DNA of 64,000 bases from a candidate division WOR-3 bacterium (GTDB lineage: Bacteria; Hydrothermota; Hydrothermia; UBA1063). The translations under genes and the position numbers were made by a program. The notes under the pieces are model-generated. The model saw nothing but the letters and a program-made list of their open reading frames with translations, did no database searches and had not been told where the DNA came from. Where the stretch lies: positions 83,096-147,095 of the forward strand of contig JBDRYS010000003.1 in assembly GCA_039803545.1 (NCBI GenBank). The letters run 5' to 3'. Positions 17,989 to 27,558 of this stretch are shown here, one piece after another (the first letter of the stretch is position 1; each line of letters starts with the position of its first letter).

Positions 17989-19361
17989 ACGTTGCAGAAA
18001 TTACAAGACAACTTTTTAGTGAACTTGAAAAAAGGGGAATAAGATATTGCATATACAATGGTTATGAATATCTACCGAATGAGGTAAAAAGCGACCTTGA
18101 TATTGCAATTGAAAAGAGAGCTTTTAAGGACCTAGATTATATCATATATAAATGTTCAGAAAACAATAACTCCATAGTCTTACACAAAATTTGGCACGAC
18201 CCATGGAGAATCGCATATATAATATCACCTCTTTATATTGAAAAACCTTACAGTTTGCAATTGGATTTCTTTGGAGAGTTTACACTACGTGATTATAAAA
18301 AAAACAATACAATTTTAAGGTATTTAATTCTGGAAGAAGATGAGCTATTACTTGAAAGGAACAAAAAAGACTATTTTTATATTCCTTCGCCCTATTTGGA
18401 ATTTTTTGTAAAGTTAACTACAATGATTTTTAAAGCCTCCTATTCTCAAGAAAAATTCGCTAAAATTTTAGAACTTTACCAGAACGAAAAAAATAAGGCT
18501 CAAGATCTAATAATCAGATTTTTCCAAAACCTTAGTTTAGAAATTTGCTCAAATCTCGAGAAAAATAATTTTGAATGGTTCGAAAAAAATAGAGACATCT
18601 TGATTAAAGCACTGAAAACTAATAAATTTAAATATCTTACCCCTTCAAGAATTTTCTTGTCTGTTAAAATGATAATACATCGTATCCTTAGACCAGTTGG
18701 TATGACTATCACTTTTTTAGGTCCTGATGGCTGCGGTAAATCGGCTATAGTAAATAAAACAGCCGAACTACTTTCAAAGAGTTTTCACGGTAGAAGTCTG
18801 TTCTATTGGAGGCCAGAGTTATTGAAACAACCAGGTGTTGCATTTGGATTAAGAGAAGACACAAAAACAGACAATCCAAACCCACATGATCTCCAACCGG
18901 AACCTTCCATAAAATCATCCTTTAGATTTTTGTATTACCTATTCGATTTTGTAATTGGATACATTTTGAAAGTCTATCCATTAAAAATTAAAAAACATCT
19001 CTGCATTTTTGATAGATATTATTATGATGTTTTAGTTGATAAAAAAAGGTATAATCTCTCTTTACCAACATTTATTTTAAAGTTGCCTTTGCCGCTGATA
19101 CCTAAACCTGACATAACGTTCATCCTTGATGTGCCACCACAAGAACTTTATAAAAGGAAACAAGAGTTACCTTTATCTGAGCTTGAAAGGCAAAGAAATT
19201 TGTTCTTATCGTTGGCTAAAAAATTGCCAAATGCAATTATTATTGATAATAATCGCTCTTTGAAAGAATCATTAAACGAAATTACTTATAAAATTTTGAG
19301 TACAAAAAGTTACAAAACACGAGGCATATTAAAAATAAAGGAAGACCATACGAAAAAATGA
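17985..19361 (+). CDS. Two-domain hypothetical protein: N-terminal nucleotidyltransferase-fold-like domain plus C-terminal P-loop (dTMP-kinase-like) domain
   Basis: The N-terminus GIRYCIYNGYEYLPNEVKSDLDIAIEK resembles uncharacterised NTase-fold (NTP_transf_5-like) proteins. The C-terminal half has a Walker A motif, ITFLGPDGCGKSA, and CIFDRYYYD..PDITFILDVPPQELYKRK, as in thymidylate-kinase-like proteins. Confidence 0.5.
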   Translation: MNVAEITRQLFSELEKRGIRYCIYNGYEYLPNEVKSDLDIAIEKRAFKDLDYIIYKCSENNNSIVLHKIWHDPWRIAYIISPLYIEKPYSLQLDFFGEFTLRDYKKNNTILRYLILEEDELLLERNKKDYFYIPSPYLEFFVKLTTMIFKASYSQEKFAKILELYQNEKNKAQDLIIRFFQNLSLEICSNLEKNNFEWFEKNRDILIKALKTNKFKYLTPSRIFLSVKMIIHRILRPVGMTITFLGPDGCGKSAIVNKTAELLSKSFHGRSLFYWRPELLKQPGVAFGLREDTKTDNPNPHDLQPEPSIKSSFRFLYYLFDFVIGYILKVYPLKIKKHLCIFDRYYYDVLVDKKRYNLSLPTFILKLPLPLIPKPDITFILDVPPQELYKRKQELPLSELERQRNLFLSLAKKLPNAIIIDNNRSLKESLNEITYKILSTKSYKTRGILKIKEDHTKK

Positions 19362-20599
19362 AAATAATATTAATAGCGTATGCCTGCGAGCCTGGTAAGG
19401 GCTCTGAACCCAGGTTAGGTTGGTTATGGGTAAAACATTTATCCCGGAAGCATCGGGTATATGTAATAACAAGAGTAAGTAACAAATACGCTATAGAAAA
19501 GGAATTGAGTAATAACCCAATTCCAAATCTAAACTTCCTTTACTTTGATCTTCCTAAGCCCCTTCTATTCTGGAAAAGGGGCAGAATAGGAGTTCAAATC
19601 TATCATTATTTATGGCAAATAGGCATCTTTATCAAATTCGGATATCTAATAAAAAGACGAAATTTTGATATAGTTCACCATGTTACTTTTGGACACAATT
19701 GGCAGCCCGTGTTCCTTTCATTAGTAGCAAAAAATTTCATCTGGGGACCGATTGGTAGCGAAGATACCCCAAAAATTATACTGAAACAACTTCCATTTAA
19801 ATATAAAATAAAAGAATATTTAAGAGAACTTGGAAGATTCATTTTACTTAACTTAGATCCATTTGTTCAATTGACCGCAAGAAAAGCAAAGGTTATTTTA
19901 GATTCCTCTTCAAGATGGACAAAAAAATACTATCACAAGGACATTCAAGCTAAGATTATAAAGTTTCCTCAAAATGGCATTGATCCAGAAGAACTCCCCC
20001 TCACTCCTAAGGAAATCTTGGAAAAAAAGGATTACAAAACCTTCAACATTGTTTTTGTTGGTGAATTTGTTCCATGGAAAGGGATTTTGTTCGTTGTGGA
20101 TACTATCAAAAAGTTCGCTGAGTTTGCTGGAGACGATTGGAAAGCTATTTTAGTTGGATATGGCCCAGAATTAGAAAACGTTAAAAGAGAGTTATACTAC
20201 TTAGGTAAAAAAGTCGCATTAACGGGAAAAATAAATATTAATGAAGTCTGGAATATCCTAATAAATGGGAATGTATTTCTATATCCCAGTTTCCACCATG
20301 GCCAGGCAACAGTTTTGATGCACGCATTGGCTTGTGGATTACCCGTGATATGCATAGAAGGAGACGCTACTGCAGAAACCATTACTTCAGATTGCGGCAT
20401 TGTTGTAAAATTGGGTGACAAGGAAGAAATAGTTAGGGGATTAACTGAGGCACTACTAACTTTATATAAAGATCGAGAATTGTTGAAAAAACTTTCTAAG
20501 AATGCACAAGAACTGGTTTTTAGAGAGTATTCCTGGGAGAAAAAAGTAGATTTCGTAACAAAAATTTACTATAACCTATTAAACAACATAGAAAAATGA
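19358..20599 (+). CDS. Glycosyltransferase family 4
   Basis: N-terminus MKIILIAYACEPGKGSEPRLGW and a C-terminal GT-B region, GQATVLMHALACGLPVIC; 413 aa. Confidence 0.8.
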   Translation: MKIILIAYACEPGKGSEPRLGWLWVKHLSRKHRVYVITRVSNKYAIEKELSNNPIPNLNFLYFDLPKPLLFWKRGRIGVQIYHYLWQIGIFIKFGYLIKRRNFDIVHHVTFGHNWQPVFLSLVAKNFIWGPIGSEDTPKIILKQLPFKYKIKEYLRELGRFILLNLDPFVQLTARKAKVILDSSSRWTKKYYHKDIQAKIIKFPQNGIDPEELPLTPKEILEKKDYKTFNIVFVGEFVPWKGILFVVDTIKKFAEFAGDDWKAILVGYGPELENVKRELYYLGKKVALTGKININEVWNILINGNVFLYPSFHHGQATVLMHALACGLPVICIEGDATAETITSDCGIVVKLGDKEEIVRGLTEALLTLYKDRELLKKLSKNAQELVFREYSWEKKVDFVTKIYYNLLNNIEK

Positions 20600-21786
20600 A
20601 TATCCTTTTAGTCCATAATTTCCATCGCTCGGGGGCCCCAAGTGGAGATGATATTGTAGTAAAACAAGAAATTCAACTTTTGAAAAGCTACGGGCATGAA
20701 GTGATTTTGTTTTCGAAAAATAACGATGATTTTGAAAAACTTAATTTCATAAAAAAAATCGACACCTTTTTGCACCTTGATTATTCACAGAACGTATATA
20801 AAGAGCTTATTTCCCTTATAAAAAGTGAAAAATTTGATATAGCACACATACATAATATCTTCCCACTTATTACGCCCTCTGTTTACTTCGCATTAAAAGC
20901 ATCTGGAATCCCAATTGTACACACTCTGCATGACTTTCGTTTTTTCTGCGCTAATGCCTTCCTTTTTAGAAATGGGAACATCTGCGAATTATGCCCCACT
21001 GAAAGCACTATTAATGCCGCGAAATATAAGTGTTTTAAAAATTCTTTTATTGGCTCTGTATTTGTTGCAAGGTATCTTTCGAAAATTAAAAAAGAAAGAT
21101 ACTTCCTTATTCCTCAAAAATACATCGCATTGACAGAATTTTCTAAACAAAAATTCATTGAATTTGGCATTCCTAAGGAAAAAATAGCGGTTAAACCTAA
21201 TTTCGTTGAAAATTCACTCCCTAATCCAAAAAAAAAGAAAGCAGATTATTTTGTCTATGCAGGCCGTTTATCTGAGGAAAAAGGTATCAAAATTCTAATA
21301 AAAGCTTTTGCGGATGATAGACTTAGACAAATCCCATTAAAGATTATCGGTTCAGGTCCTTTGGAATGGGAGCTTAAACAGGCAGTTGAGAAATACAATT
21401 TGAAGAATATCGAAATCCTTGGATTACTTAGTAGATTAGAAGTCCTCAAACAAATGGAAAGTAGCATTGCAACCATCTTTCCCTCTATTTTGTATGAAAC
21501 TTTTGGGCTTACGATCGTAGAATCCTTTTCTGTTGGAACTCCTGTAATTGCCTCAAATTTTGGGACGATGAGCGTTTTAATCAAACCCTTTAAAACCGGC
21601 CTACTTTTCGAAAGAGACAATCCTGAGGACTTAGCAGAAAAAATACTATATTTGTACAACAACCGAGAATTGGCTTACGAAATGGGGAAAAACGCTCGAG
21701 AAGAATACCTTCAAAAATACACACCAGAGGTGAATTATAATTTATTGATGCAAATTTATGAAGAAGCAATCAACGCTAACAAATAA
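20596..21786 (+). CDS. Glycosyltransferase family 4
   Basis: MNILLVHNFHRSGAPSGDD at the N-terminus; YAGRLSEEKGIKILI; ETFGLTIVESFSVGTPVIAS..TGLLF. Confidence 0.85.
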   Translation: MNILLVHNFHRSGAPSGDDIVVKQEIQLLKSYGHEVILFSKNNDDFEKLNFIKKIDTFLHLDYSQNVYKELISLIKSEKFDIAHIHNIFPLITPSVYFALKASGIPIVHTLHDFRFFCANAFLFRNGNICELCPTESTINAAKYKCFKNSFIGSVFVARYLSKIKKERYFLIPQKYIALTEFSKQKFIEFGIPKEKIAVKPNFVENSLPNPKKKKADYFVYAGRLSEEKGIKILIKAFADDRLRQIPLKIIGSGPLEWELKQAVEKYNLKNIEILGLLSRLEVLKQMESSIATIFPSILYETFGLTIVESFSVGTPVIASNFGTMSVLIKPFKTGLLFERDNPEDLAEKILYLYNNRELAYEMGKNAREEYLQKYTPEVNYNLLMQIYEEAINANK

Positions 21787-22870
21787 AGTAAAGGTTGCTA
21801 TAATTGGTTCAAGGGGACTGCCTCCAAGGTACGGTGGTTTTGAGGTTTTTGCCCATTACTTAGCACAGCATCTCGCCGATCAGAATTATCTTCCTGTAAT
21901 ATACTGTGTGAGCACACTTAAAAATTTGGAGTACGATAGAAGAATAAAACGCGTTTTTATAAAAACCCCTCCAATCAGGTCTCTGGAAAAGCTTACATTA
22001 AGTAATCTCGCCACTCTTCATGCGGTCTTCTCAGAAAAGGCTGACGTAATAATTTACTTAGGAGTCTCTGGCGGGTTGACCGCTTGGATTCCAAAATTAC
22101 TCAAAATTCCAATAATTCTTAACCCTGACGGCCTTGAGTGGAAGAGAAAAAAGTGGAATTTTTTGGGAAGATCCCTTTTGCTCCTTCTTGAGAGAATTGC
22201 TGTAAGACTCTCTGACACAATTGTTGCTGATAATGTTGCCATCGGTAACTATATAGAAACAAGATATAGGAAAAAATGGGTCTTCATACCCTATGGGTGC
22301 AATGATTGCCTCATCCATGAAGGTAAGTGGGAAGAATTAAAAGAAAGTTACGGTTTAGAAAAAAATAATTATTACCTTGTTGTTGGGAGGAATGTTCCCG
22401 AAAATAACCATGACCTTATTATCAGCGGATTCCTGAAGAGCAATTCCGGCAAAAAACTGGTGATTGTCTCAGATAAACCAGCAAATAAACCTGCAAAGGA
22501 TGAAAAAATTATCTTTACAGGCCCTATCTTCGACAATATCAAATTAAATACTCTCAGAAAATACGCTTTTGCTTACATTCACGGGCATAGTGTAGGAGGT
22601 ACAAATCCGTCGCTACTCGAGGCCATTGCCTGTGATAACCTTGTAATTGCCTATGATGTACCTTTTAACAGAGAGGTTTTAGAAAAATACGGCCTTTATT
22701 TTAAATCCGATGAGAAACTGGAAAATATCATTAAAAGCCTTGAACTCGCTGATGATCCAATACAAACAGGGATACTGAAATTTTACGAACAAATAAGAGT
22801 AGAAAAATACAACTGGCAGAGGGTAGTGGAAGCTTATGAAAAAATTATAAGAGAAGTTGCAAAACCATGA
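21758..22870 (+). CDS. Glycosyltransferase (GT4-type) with DUF1972-like N-terminal domain
   Basis: KVAIIGSRGLPPRYGGFEVFAHYLAQHLA matches the DUF1972 signature seen in rhamnosyltransferase-type GT1/GT4 enzymes. The C-terminus has HGHSVGGTNPSLLEAIAC. Confidence 0.75.
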   Translation: MKKQSTLTNKVKVAIIGSRGLPPRYGGFEVFAHYLAQHLADQNYLPVIYCVSTLKNLEYDRRIKRVFIKTPPIRSLEKLTLSNLATLHAVFSEKADVIIYLGVSGGLTAWIPKLLKIPIILNPDGLEWKRKKWNFLGRSLLLLLERIAVRLSDTIVADNVAIGNYIETRYRKKWVFIPYGCNDCLIHEGKWEELKESYGLEKNNYYLVVGRNVPENNHDLIISGFLKSNSGKKLVIVSDKPANKPAKDEKIIFTGPIFDNIKLNTLRKYAFAYIHGHSVGGTNPSLLEAIACDNLVIAYDVPFNREVLEKYGLYFKSDEKLENIIKSLELADDPIQTGILKFYEQIRVEKYNWQRVVEAYEKIIREVAKP

Positions 22871-24213
22871 ATATATTGTTAATTCTGCTCTCCGTTGGTT
22901 ATCCCAAATTAATTCCCGACGATGTGCTATTTGAATCCCTTATAAGAAACCAATATTTTCAACTTCAAAACGTACGATTCTCAATACCTCCAAAATTTTC
23001 GGGATTAGAAAAATCAGTTTACAGTCAGAACATACTTCACACTTTCACAGTGAATTTCGAATATTTTTATGATTCAACAGGTACCCTTGATCTCTTTCCA
23101 AGATTTTTCTACAAATACAATAACATGGGCGTTGTCATTGAGCCACTTTTCAGGCTTGGTAAGGTAAGGGGTTGGCCCTACGCTAAGTGGCAAGATATAG
23201 TTTGCGGAGCTTATTCAAGGGCATATTGGTATTATGAGCTTCCAAATTTTATCTTTTTTCTGGGAAGAAATAAACTTCAGGTGAACTTAGAAGGAATTTT
23301 GTCAGAAGAAGACCCTCCCATTGATGGATTCCTGAGCATATTTAGAGGTAAGTATGTCAATTTTTCCTTCTTTTTAGGACAACTGGATTCAAGAATACCG
23401 AGGGATTCGAGTAATTTCTATGAAACAGGCAAGCTTTACAATCGCTATCTATCAATACATTCCTTAGAATATAAAATCAAGCGATTAACTTTTTCTTTTA
23501 CCGAGGCTGTTCTTTATTTCTCAAACACAAATATGCCGGATTGGTACTTCCTTAATCCATTTATGATCTACCATCCACGGGTATTAGATTCGACAGAAGG
23601 TGGTGAACACAACACATTCTGGATATTATCAGGGAACTATTGGGGTGCGAAATTTTCTTCGCACTTTGAGTTTCTCATTGACGATTTTCATCTTCCCGAT
23701 CCCGATCAGTGGGCACCTCATAAACTGGCCTGGATTTTTAAGAGTTACGTGATTGATTTTCCGTTTAAGGCGTCTGTCTCTGGACTCTCTTACACAGGGG
23801 CAACACGATGGACCTATACTCACGGCTTGAGTTTGCTCTATTACAATAACCGCGGTGAAGTTATGGGTAATTTGAACGAAAATGATTTCGATAAGCTTGA
23901 GATTTTTACAAGAAAACATTTCGGCAACAAACTGGACCTAAGAACCTCATTCTGGTTTAAGAGAAAGGGAGAAGCAAATACGGAAGAAAAGGATATCTAC
24001 TGGGAGAGAGGAATTGATTATCCACGAGAATATTTTTTGACGGGAATTGTAGAAAAGCGCCTTGGAACAGGTATTGAACTGGACTTTCACACGCCCCGGA
24101 TTGTTATCCGCTCAAATTTCGAATATGACTGGATTTGGAACTATAAGCACCTTCAGAGTAATAAGGGTAGTGAGCTAAGGCTTAAACTTTACGGGAGTGC
24201 AGGCATTTTTTAA
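22867..24213 (+). CDS. Putative outer-membrane beta-barrel protein, terminal gene of polysaccharide locus 1 (possibly Wzi-like; unassigned)
   Basis: It has a hydrophobic N-terminus, an aromatic-rich alternating pattern, and a C-terminal ..LYGSAGIF ending in Phe, which is an OMP signature. A truncated paralog lies at 11036-11779. I could not confirm a family by eye. Confidence 0.45.
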   Translation: MNILLILLSVGYPKLIPDDVLFESLIRNQYFQLQNVRFSIPPKFSGLEKSVYSQNILHTFTVNFEYFYDSTGTLDLFPRFFYKYNNMGVVIEPLFRLGKVRGWPYAKWQDIVCGAYSRAYWYYELPNFIFFLGRNKLQVNLEGILSEEDPPIDGFLSIFRGKYVNFSFFLGQLDSRIPRDSSNFYETGKLYNRYLSIHSLEYKIKRLTFSFTEAVLYFSNTNMPDWYFLNPFMIYHPRVLDSTEGGEHNTFWILSGNYWGAKFSSHFEFLIDDFHLPDPDQWAPHKLAWIFKSYVIDFPFKASVSGLSYTGATRWTYTHGLSLLYYNNRGEVMGNLNENDFDKLEIFTRKHFGNKLDLRTSFWFKRKGEANTEEKDIYWERGIDYPREYFLTGIVEKRLGTGIELDFHTPRIVIRSNFEYDWIWNYKHLQSNKGSELRLKLYGSAGIF

Positions 24214-24240
24214 ACTAAATTTAAAATCTTGAAACAGGAC

Positions 24241-25320
24241 CTAACCAGAATTCCTCCTGGTCAAAAACAGGTTAATCTTTTTATTCTTAAACCTCGTAAT
24301 CCTCAAATACCCCACCACATATACCACTAGATAAAGCAGATACAAAGCGATCAATACTTTTGTGTTTGATCGGAAGAAAAAGGCAAGAAGGCAGGTGAGG
24401 AGGCTGCCAGTCCAGAAGAGTGGAGAAGTCTTCGCATTGTTCCGCACATACCTCTTGAATACGAGGGAATGCATATGTAAAAAATCTGCATCCATCGCAT
24501 TCTTTTTCTTTGCAAAGCGCCTCCGGTAAATGGAGAAAATCGTTTCCGTGAATGGATAGGCAACGCAGAGAAACGGATACCAGGGAGATATCCTTTGATT
24601 TCTGTAAACAAGAAGTATTGATGTTGTGGCAATCAGAAAGCCAAGGAAGTAGGCACCGTTATCGCCGAGCAAGATCTTACCAGAGGGATAATTGTTCAAA
24701 ATAAAGCCCAAAAGGGCAAAAATCGCAAGGAGAGAAATTGAAAAGACAACAAAGTCTCTTACAAGGTAAGCAGTTAAACTGTAAAAACCGAGGATTATGA
24801 TTCCTATTCCGCTGGCAAGTCCGTGAAGTCCATCAATAATGTTAAAAGAATTGGTAATTCCCGCGACAGCAAATATTGTAAAGGCTAATCCGAAAAAGGT
24901 GATTTTGAGCACCAGGTCAATAATGGGAATATCCACGTAGCTTATGTAAACCTTAAAAACGAGGCTAAAAAGCAAAGCGGTACAGAAAGAGACAGACAAT
25001 CTTATAGAAGGTCTTACCTTCTGGAACATATCCTCGTAAAGGGCTATGAGGACAACAGGCATAGAGACTAAAATAAGTAAGAGAAGGCCTTTTAAATTAA
25101 CCACTAATCCAGCGAGTACCAATGAAATAACAATTGCAATTCCACCCATCCTTGAAACCTTTTCAGGGTGTACTTTCTGAGGCCCGCTTCCCGGCGTATC
25201 TTGAACGGCCTTAAGATTGGCAAAATGTCTACTTAGAAGCCACGAAAGTAAAAAAGCTATAACGCTTCCTGCAAACAGTCTTACTTGTAGAGCTAAAGCC
25301 TTTTTTAAACTACCTAACAT
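24241..25320 (-). CDS. MraY/WecA-family polyprenyl-phosphate N-acetylhexosamine-1-phosphate transferase
   Basis: The NSFNIIDGLHGLASG motif, LGDNGAYFLGF and about 10-11 TM segments over 359 aa. It converges on the end of locus 1. Confidence 0.9.
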   Translation of the reverse strand: MLGSLKKALALQVRLFAGSVIAFLLSWLLSRHFANLKAVQDTPGSGPQKVHPEKVSRMGGIAIVISLVLAGLVVNLKGLLLLILVSMPVVLIALYEDMFQKVRPSIRLSVSFCTALLFSLVFKVYISYVDIPIIDLVLKITFFGLAFTIFAVAGITNSFNIIDGLHGLASGIGIIILGFYSLTAYLVRDFVVFSISLLAIFALLGFILNNYPSGKILLGDNGAYFLGFLIATTSILLVYRNQRISPWYPFLCVAYPFTETIFSIYRRRFAKKKNAMDADFLHMHSLVFKRYVRNNAKTSPLFWTGSLLTCLLAFFFRSNTKVLIALYLLYLVVYVVGYLRITRFKNKKINLFLTRRNSG

Positions 25321-25464
25321 TTAAGTTACTACCATTCTCACCTGCAAAATTATAACTCTCTTGAAAAATAGATTCAACAGGAAGTTAATGCATAATTAAC
25401 CTCAAGCGGTACTCTGCCATTATAACTTATCCCATGCTTTAAAATATTTTCACAGGGAGAAAGA

Positions 25465-26184
25465 ATGCCGGTTCTTGAGGTAAATTCGCTGATAAAATTT
25501 TATGGGAAGGTTCAGGCCTTGAAAGGTATCTCCTTCTCCGCTGAAGAAGGGGAAATTTTCGGGCTAATTGGCCCTAACGGAGCGGGAAAGACCACTACCC
25601 TTAGAATCCTTTCTACCCTACTAACTCCATCGGGTGGCGAGGTTAAAGTTTTGGGATTCGACGTCCAAAAGGATGCATCAAAGATTAGAAAATTCATCAG
25701 TTACCTACCTGAAGAAGCGGGGGCTTACAGGAACCTTCGGGGCATCGACTACCTGAAACTAATGGCCCATCTTTACGCCGATGATAAAAAGGAAGTTGAA
25801 AAAATGGTCTTAAAGGCTATTGAAATTGCGAAATTGGGGGACAGGATTTACTCAAAGGTTTCCACATACAGCAAGGGAATGACGAGAAAGCTCCTTTTGG
25901 CCCGCGCCCTTATGCACGAACCAAAACTTGCCATCCTCGATGAACCCACATCGGGCCTTGATGTTTTGAATGCCCACGAAATAAGGAAAATCATCAAGGA
26001 GTTTGCCAGAGAGGGCAAAACGGTGCTCCTTTCTTCTCACAATATGTTAGAGGTCGAATATCTCTGTGACAGAGTCGCCTTTATCCATGAAGGTAATATT
26101 GTAGAACAGGGAAAACCAGAGGAACTTAAAAAGAAATACGGGGTAAAGAATCTGGAAGAGGTCTTCGTGGAGGCTGTCAAATGA
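25465..26184 (+). CDS. ABC transporter ATP-binding protein (ABC-2 type)
   Basis: Walker A GPNGAGKTT, signature YSKGMTRKL, Walker B LAILDEPTSGLD, H-loop SSHNM. Confidence 0.9.
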   Translation: MPVLEVNSLIKFYGKVQALKGISFSAEEGEIFGLIGPNGAGKTTTLRILSTLLTPSGGEVKVLGFDVQKDASKIRKFISYLPEEAGAYRNLRGIDYLKLMAHLYADDKKEVEKMVLKAIEIAKLGDRIYSKVSTYSKGMTRKLLLARALMHEPKLAILDEPTSGLDVLNAHEIRKIIKEFAREGKTVLLSSHNMLEVEYLCDRVAFIHEGNIVEQGKPEELKKKYGVKNLEEVFVEAVK

Positions 26185-27446
26185 GAAAGTTCACTGCACT
26201 ACTGATTAAGGAATTAAGGGAGCTTATCAACAAACAGCTCATTGCATCCTTCGTTATCATCATCTTAATGTTCCAAATTATCGGAAAAATCGGCGAATCT
26301 GAGAGTAAAAAACTGGAAGAAAGGAAAGAGATCGGACTTGTAATGCTGGATGAGGGTAAGTACAGTAAAACCATAGAAACTACCTTGCGAAGCATCTTTA
26401 ACGTCTATTATGTCGAAGGTAGTACTCCAGAAGAATGGATGAAAAACGCTTACGAATCGGACATCAGAAATGTGGTTGTAGTCCCTCAGGCTTTCTCGAG
26501 GGAAATCGAAGCAGGGAAAAGGGCAAAAATCGAGGTCTACGCAGTTACAAAATCTCTCGGAATAAGGGAACGCATTCAAAAAACGATACTTACAAGCATC
26601 ATCAACAGCCTGAACGCATCCATATCCCGAGAACTTCTCCTCGAAAAAACAAAGGGAGAAGATCCTGAATTTCTGACAAAACCCGTTTCAACAGAGGAAT
26701 ATGTCTATCTGAAGGGCAAAATATTAAAGGCATCGTCGGATGCCATATTTGCTTATATGATCCAGCAATCCATTTTCATTCCTATCATTCTCTTTCTCTT
26801 GCTGGTTTTCACCTCTCAGATGATTGCCACTGCAATGGGCCAGGAAAAGGAAAACAAGACCCTTGAGACCCTCTTAACCACACCCGTTTCCCGCGCCTCC
26901 ATCATTTTTGCAAAGATGATCTCCGCCGTTATCCTTTCTTGTATTTTCGCCGGTGCTTATATGTACGGGTTTAAAGGATATATGTTCGCTGGAACCGGCG
27001 GGGCATTAAGTGAACTCATCAAAATTGCTAAGAATTACGATCTTGCACTCCCCGTTCAGGGGATCATTCTCTTTGGAATTTGCATATTTCTTTCTCTCTT
27101 AACAGGACTCTTGATGACAACAATTATTTCCCTCTTTGTGGAGGATACCCGATCTGCCCAGTTGGCCATAACACCCGTAATGATCCTGCTTCTTGTACCC
27201 TATTTCCTCAGTTTCACCGTAGACATTATGGAACTAAGCCCCGTGGCGAAGACCGTTATATACCTGATTCCCTTCACCCACCCTTTCTACTTTTATAAAT
27301 TCTATATGCTGGGCTATATGAAGGATGTTTTCTTTGGAATTGGCTACTTAGTTCTACTCAATATTCTCCTTACCCTACTCATCATTAAACTATTCTCAAC
27401 GGACCTCCTCCTCACTGCGAGAATTAACCTGAGGAGAGGCAGGTAG
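26181..27446 (+). CDS. ABC-2 family transporter permease with large extracytoplasmic loop
   Basis: It overlaps the ATPase gene by 4 nt. One N-terminal TM is followed by a ~150-aa soluble loop and then about 5 TM segments. The QEKENKTLETLLTTP motif is typical of ABC-2/NatB-like permeases. Confidence 0.75.
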   Translation: MRKFTALLIKELRELINKQLIASFVIIILMFQIIGKIGESESKKLEERKEIGLVMLDEGKYSKTIETTLRSIFNVYYVEGSTPEEWMKNAYESDIRNVVVVPQAFSREIEAGKRAKIEVYAVTKSLGIRERIQKTILTSIINSLNASISRELLLEKTKGEDPEFLTKPVSTEEYVYLKGKILKASSDAIFAYMIQQSIFIPIILFLLLVFTSQMIATAMGQEKENKTLETLLTTPVSRASIIFAKMISAVILSCIFAGAYMYGFKGYMFAGTGGALSELIKIAKNYDLALPVQGIILFGICIFLSLLTGLLMTTIISLFVEDTRSAQLAITPVMILLLVPYFLSFTVDIMELSPVAKTVIYLIPFTHPFYFYKFYMLGYMKDVFFGIGYLVLLNILLTLLIIKLFSTDLLLTARINLRRGR

Positions 27447-27490
27447 GAAAGGCGAATCGGAATTTTTTTAACGCCTTTCCTCTGTTTTTC
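27446..27490 (+). terminator. Rho-independent terminator after the ABC-2 operon
   Basis: GGAAAGGCG (27446-27454) pairs with CGCCTTTCC (27472-27480) and is followed by TCTGTTTTTC. Confidence 0.65.
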
Positions 27491-27558
27491 AATCCTTGCA
27501 AATCCTTAATCTTGATTGCACAGATTCAAGTGTATAATTAGTTCAAATCAAGGAGGGA

